From: an uncultured Candidatus Saccharibacteria bacterium | GTDB lineage: Bacteria; Patescibacteriota; Saccharimonadia; Saccharimonadales; Saccharimonadaceae | Length of the DNA stretch: 64,000 nt | NCBI GenBank assembly: GCA_963518445.1 | Contig: CAUQIU010000001.1 | Coordinates: 774-64,773, forward strand | Direction of reading: 5' to 3' | Shown here: positions 48,395-55,591 of the stretch, one piece after another | Numbering within the stretch: the first letter of the stretch is position 1 | Layout of the letters: every line of letters starts with the position of its first letter | Notes under the pieces: model-generated | Databases searched by the model: none | What the model saw: only the letters and a program-made list of their open reading frames with translations | What the model was told of the DNA's origin: nothing | Made by a program: the position numbers and the translations under genes

Positions 48395-49673
48395 TACTAT
48401 GCCTAGTGTGCCAGCCGGGACGATTCGTAAGCATCGGCCGGTCTATCAGGTGGCGTTATATGTCAGTCTGTTGTTGCTGTTGGGTTTGGTGGTGATGTAT
48501 GCGCTGGGGCCGCAACGAGCCAATGTTATGAATTTTGCATACGGCACGAACTACAGCGATATGTTTTTCTTTAACAAGCAGCTTATCTCCGTTGTGATTT
48601 CCTTTGCAGCGTTTGCTGCTTGTGCTATTATTCCATATAAAATTTTCACTGAAAAATACGCAAATTGGCTATTTGTCGGTGGCTTGTTTTTCTGTTTTTT
48701 GCTGGTGGCGTTGGGTATGCTGGGCGTTTCGTTTGCGCAGGAAACCAATGGTGCGTACCGCTGGTTCTATCTTGGCGGACTGGGAAGTTTTCAGCCGGCT
48801 GAATTATTAAAATTTGGTATTTTGGTGTTTATCGCTGGATTTTTGGGCAAGCGTATGCGGCAGGGTAAGATCAATGACGTGGAAGAGACGCTCATCCCGC
48901 TTGGTATTGCCGCAGCGATAGCCATGTTCATTGTGGTGGTGCTACAAAAAGACTTGGGAACTGGTTTGGCGCTGGTTGCTATCGTCCTGTCCATGCTGGT
49001 GGTTTCAGGCATGCGGTCAGATATTCTCTGGAAAATATTGGGTGTTTTACTGGCGGCAGGTGTCATGTTGATTCTCATTGCGCCGCACCGTCTGGAGCGC
49101 GTCATGACATTCTTTCAGGGTGATCATTCAAATGCCTCGTCTATGGACAGCAGCAGTAACACCTATCACGTGCAGCAGGCGCGTATCGCCATCGGCTCGG
49201 GTGGCATCTTAGGCCTGGGTATTGGTAAGAGTGTGCAGGTGTCAGGCTATTTGCCCGAAGCCATCAACGACTCGATTTTTGCCATCATGGGTGAGACATT
49301 TGGTTTTGTTGGACTACTGATCATTTTGGGGCTATTTACAGCTTTGCTGCTTGGTATTTTGCACATTGCTGCGCGACTGCCTGACCCGAGGCTTCGATTA
49401 GTGGCAGCTGGTGTGTTTGGTTGGGTTGCTTCTCATGTGATATTGAATGTGGCGGCTATGACAGGGGTGGCGCCACTGACTGGTATTCCATTGCCGCTGC
49501 TGAGTTATGGTGGCACCAGCATGTTATTCATCGCTGCGGCCCTTGGATTAGTTTTTCAGCTGTCTTGCTATACATCACACAAGCCATTAACAGAAGGGAA
49601 GGATAGCCATGCGGATCTTAGCGGTCGGCGGCGGTTCGGGCGGACACGTTACGCCCGTGGTCGCCGTGTTTAA
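48387..49673 (+). CDS. ftsW: SEDS-family peptidoglycan polymerase FtsW/RodA
   Basis: About 10 TM helices, FQPAELLKF, SGYLPEAINDSIFAIMGETFGF, PLTGIPLPLLSYGGTS. The 3' end overlaps murG by 65 nt. Confidence 0.8.
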   Translation: MRNTMPSVPAGTIRKHRPVYQVALYVSLLLLLGLVVMYALGPQRANVMNFAYGTNYSDMFFFNKQLISVVISFAAFAACAIIPYKIFTEKYANWLFVGGLFFCFLLVALGMLGVSFAQETNGAYRWFYLGGLGSFQPAELLKFGILVFIAGFLGKRMRQGKINDVEETLIPLGIAAAIAMFIVVVLQKDLGTGLALVAIVLSMLVVSGMRSDILWKILGVLLAAGVMLILIAPHRLERVMTFFQGDHSNASSMDSSSNTYHVQQARIAIGSGGILGLGIGKSVQVSGYLPEAINDSIFAIMGETFGFVGLLIILGLFTALLLGILHIAARLPDPRLRLVAAGVFGWVASHVILNVAAMTGVAPLTGIPLPLLSYGGTSMLFIAAALGLVFQLSCYTSHKPLTEGKDSHADLSGRRRFGRTRYARGRRV

Positions 49674-50772
49674 GGAATTGAAGAACAGGGGAGAGCACGA
49701 GTTGCGATTTTGGTGTGACCGTAAATTTGGACCAACAGCAAAGAAGGTGGTTGCAGAATCCGGCTACGATATTCCAGTTTCATTCATCACTGCTGGCAAA
49801 TTACGTCGCTATCACGGTGAGAGCAAATTGCAGCATTTAGCGCCCTCGATCCTATTTCCTAACTTGTACGACTTGTGCAAAGTGATCGTTGGCTTTGTAC
49901 AAAGTTTTTGCAAGCTGCTGATGTGGCGCCCTGATGTCATCTTCATCAAAGGAGGCTACGTTTGCTTGCCAGTTGGCTATGCCGCACGACTACTGAGAAT
50001 CCCATTGGTGCTGCATGACTCTGACGCTCATCCAGGGTTGACCAACAGGCTGCTGTCGCCATTTGCTAGGCGCATCGGTACTGGAGCGCCGCTCGAGTAT
50101 TATCGCTACTCTCCTGAGATAGCAACATATGTTGGGGTGCCGATTTCAGATAAGTTCCGACCATATACTGAAGCAGAAAAGCGGGAAATTAAGACGCAGT
50201 TGGGCTTTGATCCATCACGACCACTGGTTGTTATCACCGGTGGTGGCTTGGGTGCCGTGCGCATCAATAATGCAGTGGCGAAGAATCGTGATAGACTTCT
50301 GGAGGCTGCCTCGGTGTTTCTGATATCAGGCCAACATCAATACAACGAGCTGAGCAAAGCATTGGACCATCGTGATGGTTGGCGGCTGGAGTCATTTTTG
50401 CACGGACCGCAAATGGCGCAGGCATTAGCGGCTGCGGATGTAGTTGTAGCTCGAGCTGGGGCAACAACACTATTAGAATTGGCAGCGCTGGGTATGCCAA
50501 CAGTTATCATCCCAAATGGCAGGCTGACAGCCGGCCACCAGCTGAAAAACGCTAAGGTCTATCAAGACGCCCTGGCTGCCGTGATTGTGAACGAAGATCA
50601 ACTAGACAAGAACCCTGATTTACTGGGCGATACACTAATCAAACTACTCAGATCTCCGAAGATTCGTCATGATTTGGGTAATAATTTCCTCAAATTTGCC
50701 AAGCCGAATGCTGCTGGCGATATGGCTGAAATGATTTTGGAAGCTGCTAGCAAACGGGGGAGGCGACAGTAA
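49609..50772 (+). CDS. murG: UDP-GlcNAc:lipid I N-acetylglucosaminyltransferase
   Basis: MRILAVGGGSGGHVTP, ITGGGLGA, ARAGATTLLELAALGMPTVIIP. Confidence 0.9.
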   Translation: MRILAVGGGSGGHVTPVVAVFKELKNRGEHELRFWCDRKFGPTAKKVVAESGYDIPVSFITAGKLRRYHGESKLQHLAPSILFPNLYDLCKVIVGFVQSFCKLLMWRPDVIFIKGGYVCLPVGYAARLLRIPLVLHDSDAHPGLTNRLLSPFARRIGTGAPLEYYRYSPEIATYVGVPISDKFRPYTEAEKREIKTQLGFDPSRPLVVITGGGLGAVRINNAVAKNRDRLLEAASVFLISGQHQYNELSKALDHRDGWRLESFLHGPQMAQALAAADVVVARAGATTLLELAALGMPTVIIPNGRLTAGHQLKNAKVYQDALAAVIVNEDQLDKNPDLLGDTLIKLLRSPKIRHDLGNNFLKFAKPNAAGDMAEMILEAASKRGRRQ

Positions 50773-51675
50773 ATGTCACTGTTTGGCAGGAAAAAAACAA
50801 AACAGCGGTCGCCGGCCAACAACGGCCCACGCCGGATGCGTGATGATATCATCAAAGAATCGTCCGCCTTCCAGCTCAACCGTACCATTAGTAGCTTTCG
50901 AAAGCAGCAAGATGAAGTTTCTGAGCGCTCTATCCACCATAAACGTCAGGATCTGAAAAAAGCTTTCATTCAGCGAATAGGTATGATCTTGGCTGCCTTG
51001 GTGGTGTTGATTCTATTGTCTTTCCAGCTGTCACTATCAATCTCCATACAAACGCCTGACACAGCCAGTGGGCAGCAAGCTGTGACCTACAAGAAGGTTT
51101 TAACTGATTATTATGCTTCACGCCCTGCTGAGCGATTCAAGCCATTCCTCAACCAAGACGCATTGCATCAATATTTCCTTTCTCACGCGCCAGAGGTCAA
51201 AACCGTGCGCATAGAGACATTTGGCGCTGGTATGGCGACCGCTAAACTCACGTTTCGCCAGCCGCTTGCGCAGTGGTCTTCTGGTGAAAAGACATATTTT
51301 GTTGATGAATCGGGCGTAACGTTTGAACGTAATTATTTTGCACCACCAAAGCTGACTGTTAAAGACCAAAGTGGTGCACCGCTTTCTGGTGGGCAAGAGG
51401 TGGTCAATCAACGTTTTTTGAGCTTTTTGGGGCAGGCTGTTTCGCAATTTACCAAGAACAAGCTATCTGTTTCAGAGATTGTCTTGCCGCAAGATACCGT
51501 TCGTCAAGTGCTGTTCTTGATTGAAGGTAAGGGCTATGCAGTCAAGATGACCGTCGACAGGGCAGCAGTGGCACAAGTTGAGCAAACCATTAAAGCTATG
51601 CGCTTCATCGACGAGAGGCGACTGCGACCAGAATATCTCGACGTGCGGGTAGACCAACGAGTTTTTTATAAATAG
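50773..51675 (+). CDS. ftsQ: FtsQ/DivIB-like cell-division protein
   Basis: Basic N-terminus, single TM helix (IGMILAALVVLILLSF) and an extracytoplasmic POTRA-like domain. Positioned directly after murG. Confidence 0.55.
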   Translation: MSLFGRKKTKQRSPANNGPRRMRDDIIKESSAFQLNRTISSFRKQQDEVSERSIHHKRQDLKKAFIQRIGMILAALVVLILLSFQLSLSISIQTPDTASGQQAVTYKKVLTDYYASRPAERFKPFLNQDALHQYFLSHAPEVKTVRIETFGAGMATAKLTFRQPLAQWSSGEKTYFVDESGVTFERNYFAPPKLTVKDQSGAPLSGGQEVVNQRFLSFLGQAVSQFTKNKLSVSEIVLPQDTVRQVLFLIEGKGYAVKMTVDRAAVAQVEQTIKAMRFIDERRLRPEYLDVRVDQRVFYK

Positions 51676-52579
51676 GGGATATAGGTTAGTGAGGTGGGGT
51701 ATCACCCAGCCTGATACTTTGTTCTCTTTTTGTTCTAAAATGAGAATGGCAAAAAATATATATTACAATATGCAAAAAACAAAAAGTCAAATGTAGGGAA
51801 TCCACAAAAAAACAGAGCGGGGGAATAAAAAAAGAAAAAAGTCAAATACAGGTCGATCATCCAAGATGTTATAATGTGGAAAACTTATCACGGTATAATG
51901 TAGTAAATACTACGTTAGGTGCTTATAGTTCTGCTGTATGAGTTCTTTCAGAAACCATACAAGCGGTGTGGTATATACTTATATTTCAAGACACAGTGTG
52001 TGATGAGTAATGATAAGAGCAAAAGTTACAATTTGTTCGCGCAGTAGAAGATGGTAGACTCCAAAGCCCCTGCTTAGTTAGCTGGATATATCCTTATGTA
52101 GCTATGTGTGCCGCACTCATTATCATACATGGCTATCTCCTATACAGTTCGTAAAACATACATTGTGCGACATTAAGAATATTTCTCTTTTATGAATACA
52201 CACTCATTGATTTTGATATCTTATAATTGGATTTTAGTTGCCTGTACCGTTTGGTCGGTTAAAAATTACTTAGCTTGCCCTTTGCCATATGTCTGTCGAT
52301 CATTTTGTCTATATCGTGAATTTCTAGCTTCTGGATCTTGAGCCTTGAGGCTCCTTGTTTACCGAGCCATAGCAATATATCAGGATGTTATGGCTATGTG
52401 CTGGCGTATGGTATATGCTAATATTTTAAGTTCCCTTTTTGTTCTATAATCCTTTAGTGACCAACGCATGTGAGGTTTGACGGAAGGCGAGGTTGGTGCC
52501 GTGTCAGCTGGGCAGGGATCACTTCTCTGCCGCCTTAGATACGGTTGCTGTTTTTGCTGGATGATATTATCATAGGGAT

Positions 52580-53035
52580 ATGAGAGTTATTTCACCTGAC
52601 AATAGGGGTTTGCACGAGATAGTACCGTCGGTAGATTTGTTTTTGGCGGGAGGTATTACCAATTGTCCAGACTGGCAGGCGGAGGCGCTAGCCCTATTGA
52701 GTAATCAAGATATAGCAGTGGCCAATCCACGTCGTAAGAGAGCACTAGCCCTTCAAGGCAAAGGAGCAACGCATCAGATAGAGTGGGAGTATGAATATCT
52801 CAGGCGGGCGCGAGTGGTGTTGTTTTGGTTTCCAAAGGAATCCCTCTGCCCTATCGCACTGTTCGAATTGGGTAAGGAGCTTGAGAGCGGATCGCGCGTA
52901 GTGATTGGTGTGCATCCAGAGTATGCACGGCGGTTTGACATCATCACGCAGGTGCGTTGTTATGATCCTGATTTTCCAATATATAGTGAGCTTGCTGATG
53001 TGGTGGCAGCGGCTGTGGGTGCGCTTAGAGCCTGA
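52580..53035 (+). CDS. Nucleoside 2-deoxyribosyltransferase-like (Nuc_deoxyri_tr2-type) protein
   Basis: VDLFLAGGITNCPDWQ…VANPRR…WEYEYLRRARVVLFWFP…PIALFELG fits the Rossmann-like NDT-family layout. GC is core-like, while the flanks are AT-rich. Confidence 0.45.
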   Translation: MRVISPDNRGLHEIVPSVDLFLAGGITNCPDWQAEALALLSNQDIAVANPRRKRALALQGKGATHQIEWEYEYLRRARVVLFWFPKESLCPIALFELGKELESGSRVVIGVHPEYARRFDIITQVRCYDPDFPIYSELADVVAAAVGALRA

Positions 53036-53247
53036 GTTGGAGGTAGTATATTTAAGTACTCTGCCCTGTTAAGAGTTCTGGGCTAGTTTCATAATTTGAG
53101 CATTGACAGCTTGATATATATCCTTGGTCACCTGTTGTTTGCTATACTATCATTAGGATTCGTGGACTGTAATTGCCCCGTTTCGGACGTATCATCAAGC
53201 CTCGACATATTATATGCAGGATTGGTGCGGCCAGATGACGAATCATT

Positions 53248-53283
53248 AAAGTAGGTAACCACGTTCAGTGTGTTACCTACTTT
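53248..53283. terminator. Strong hairpin at the leader-distal end of the CRISPR array
   Basis: AAAGTAGGTAAC-(12-nt loop)-GTTACCTACTTT is a 12-bp perfect stem, followed by TTTT on the + strand and abutting the degenerate terminal repeat. Confidence 0.5.
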
Positions 53284-53649
53284 TAACTGACTTTAGCAAT
53301 ATAACAACTACTGTAAAACCTTATATAGCCAATTAGCAACACCAGGTGTATTTCAGTACCATTCAATATAACACTACTGTAAAACCACACAACCCAGCTT
53401 GAGCTATCAATCCCAGTTTCAGTACCATTCAATATAACACTACTGTAAAACTTTGATAAGTACATACTAGAATTTTCATCTGTTTCAGTACCATTCAATA
53501 TAACACTACTGTAAAACCTGTACAAACGCCTCTTGCTCTTGATCCTCGTTTCAGTACCATTCAATATAACACTACTGTAAAACTTTCTGTCTTAATAATA
53601 CCAAATTTGTTTAGTTTCAGTACCATTCAATATAACACTACTGTAAAAC
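53284..53649 (-). CRISPR. Type II-A CRISPR array: 5 intact 36-nt repeats, 1 degenerate terminal repeat and 5 spacers of 30 nt
   Basis: Repeat on the transcribed (-) strand is GTTTTACAGTAGTGTTATATTGAATGGTACTGAAAC. + strand repeat positions are 53614-53649, 53548-53583, 53482-53517, 53416-53451 and 53350-53385 (1 mismatch). The degenerate copy ends at 53319 (about 53284-53319, with one inserted base). Spacers are exactly 30 nt. Confidence 0.95.
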
Positions 53650-53702
53650 CTCAATTGTGAAGTTTTACAGGGGTGAACGTGATAGCGCTTACCCTGTCGT
53701 TA

Positions 53703-54392
53703 TTATGAATTGGTACTAAAATCATACAAATCGTCATCAATAACGAGAATGTTCTCCTCGTTTAACTTATCTTTACAGTTTTTCTCAATAAAAAGTACTG
53801 AAAAATGATTGTTTTGTACGTATTGTAAAAGAGCCTGCAGCTCGCTGTGCGACAATAATTGGCGCTGATTTATTAAAATCACTAAACGTTTTGATAGTAA
53901 TTGCTGCGCTGAGTCTATAATACCATAAAGCTTATCAAGATAGTTGTTCCCCGCGCTGGCTTCTAGTACTACGTGAGCCATCTTCATAATGTCATTGATA
54001 GATATCTCTGTTTGATAGTTTATACTTTGTGAGAAATTAGTATTTATAGCGCTAAGAACATCCAAAACGTCTGCTTCTATTTGCGCTAGTTTGGCCATGT
54101 CGATGTCGCTATTATCTTGGATGTTTTTATATAGGGCTGCTGTGATAGTTCGATTGGCTAGATCGTAGGAGTATATATCTGTGATGACTAGGACATCTTT
54201 TGTAAAATTCAGTGGATTGTGATCACTGTCGTGAACAACAGTATGGTTATTTTCATCCCTTTTAGCATAGGCGTCAAGAATGTCTTCAACAACCCTCCTG
54301 AAGAACAGGTCATTACGAACAGCCAAGGTCGCGATGCCGCCGTCATCTGGTATTGATAGCGTATTATCAAATCCTGAAATGTTGATTTTCAT
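53703..54392 (-). CDS. csn2: CRISPR-associated protein Csn2 (type II-A marker)
   Basis: 229 aa. Colinear with S. pyogenes Csn2: LVITDIYSYD…, KRLVILINQRQLLSHSELQALLQYVQNNHFSVLFIE, ILVIDDDLYDF. Confidence 0.85.
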   Translation of the reverse strand: MKINISGFDNTLSIPDDGGIATLAVRNDLFFRRVVEDILDAYAKRDENNHTVVHDSDHNPLNFTKDVLVITDIYSYDLANRTITAALYKNIQDNSDIDMAKLAQIEADVLDVLSAINTNFSQSINYQTEISINDIMKMAHVVLEASAGNNYLDKLYGIIDSAQQLLSKRLVILINQRQLLSHSELQALLQYVQNNHFSVLFIEKNCKDKLNEENILVIDDDLYDFSTNS

Positions 54393-54709
54393 AAAACAAC
54401 TGTCCTATCGGTAGTTTGAATTGATAATTCCTCATAATCCCCTACTAAGTATTCCATTGAGGCGAATTGCCGCTCAGTTATCGTTAATAGTTGGACGATA
54501 CCATTGTCGGGTATAATTTTCTTGAGTCTGTCGTGGGTTAATTTTTCGTTCGTGGAATTAAGGACTAGTTTACTATAGACTGATTGTTGCATCATGACAA
54601 ACCCTTCTTGGGTGAGTTGCTTGCGGAATGTTGCATATATTTTGCGTTCGCGAGCACTCACCATTGGTAAGTCAAAAAATAATATCATTCTCATATATCT
54701 TACCTTCAT
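54389..54709 (-). CDS. cas2: CRISPR-associated endoribonuclease Cas2
   Basis: YMRMILFFDLP…ERKIYATFRKQLTQEGFVMMQQSVYSKL…LLTITERQFASM closely parallels streptococcal Cas2. Confidence 0.9.
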   Translation of the reverse strand: MKVRYMRMILFFDLPMVSARERKIYATFRKQLTQEGFVMMQQSVYSKLVLNSTNEKLTHDRLKKIIPDNGIVQLLTITERQFASMEYLVGDYEELSIQTTDRTVVL

Positions 54710-54711
54710 AC

Positions 54712-55590
54712 TTACATTAGCTCGTATTCGGGCAGATCTTTGTCACTGCCCTCTTCCATTACTCTAAAAAATAACTTTACGTAGATGTTGATCGCGTTTG
54801 ATAGGAACTGTTCTTTATCAAGAATAACGACTTTGTGGTTGAGAATATCAATGAGGCGACTCTTGAAGAAGTCATCAAACGCGAAACTTCGACACTTATA
54901 CACTTCACGGTCAACGATAGGGCGGAATGGCTCCATGAGATCGCAGGTGAGGTTAAAAGGGTTGTATTCATTGCAGTGGTTAACACCCATGGTGGTTGAG
55001 TAGCCGGCTGAAGTAATTTCCCTGTTGAAAGCTGAAAGGAGAATTGCATAACCATAGTTAAGCGCTGCGTTTATGTCGCTGGAGCTGTCGCGTGAAAATT
55101 GCGGACCAAACAATTCTTTCAAGTATAGTTTCGCAGCATGCGCTTCGCGATTGGTAGTATCTCCGGGCAATACCGATGCGGCGAAATTCATGAGCATTTC
55201 GCAGGAGGTCTGGTTGGCGGTCTCTCTATAGATTACTTGAGCTTGCTTGATGATTTTTTGAGCAACGATTCTCTGCCAGATTTTATCTTTGCTAGCCTGA
55301 GGCCATTGGCTTTGGCGGTGCATTTGCTTGCTGGCATTATGCGCGCCGTAATACGGTATTATCTCGCTGTATGGATTGCGCTGATGATCGCAGAATATGA
55401 TCTTCACCTTGTAGCGAGCCAGCTCACAAAGCAAATAGGCAGTGATGTTGACGGCGGTATCTTCGATAATTAAAGTGCCGATTTCGCTGATATGGAGAGC
55501 TTTTTCCTTGCCGTCGCTGATGATAAGCATATAGTCATTTTTATAGCTCAGTTTGCAACGATTCTTGACGATGACAGTTCGCCAAGACAT
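54712..55590 (-). CDS. cas1: CRISPR-associated endonuclease Cas1
   Basis: SWRTVIVKNRCKLSYKN…IIFCDHQRNP…NREAHAAKLYLKELFG…NAALNYGYAILLS…DLMEPFRPIVD. Confidence 0.95.
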   Translation of the reverse strand: MSWRTVIVKNRCKLSYKNDYMLIISDGKEKALHISEIGTLIIEDTAVNITAYLLCELARYKVKIIFCDHQRNPYSEIIPYYGAHNASKQMHRQSQWPQASKDKIWQRIVAQKIIKQAQVIYRETANQTSCEMLMNFAASVLPGDTTNREAHAAKLYLKELFGPQFSRDSSSDINAALNYGYAILLSAFNREITSAGYSTTMGVNHCNEYNPFNLTCDLMEPFRPIVDREVYKCRSFAFDDFFKSRLIDILNHKVVILDKEQFLSNAINIYVKLFFRVMEEGSDKDLPEYELM

Positions 55591-55591
55591 G

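Noticed and set aside
49609-49673. 65-nt overlap between the ftsW 3' end and the murG start, which might indicate a frameshift.
   Set aside because: murG begins with the canonical MRILAVGGGSGGH at 49609, and the FtsW core motifs are complete upstream. The Arg-rich FtsW tail is probably just a late stop codon. There is no homopolymer or frame discontinuity.
53178-53216. CCGTTTCGG… segment resembling the start of the + strand repeat or anti-repeat, which could be an extra decayed CRISPR repeat beyond the array.
   Set aside because: Only about 9 nt match, the rest diverges, and the position is out of register with the 66-nt repeat-spacer period. Most likely chance.
53283-53564. 93-aa minus-strand ORF with the repeating peptide …FYSSVILNGTET…
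   Set aside because: It is simply a translation through the CRISPR repeats. The periodic peptide reflects the 66-nt repeat-spacer unit, not a gene.
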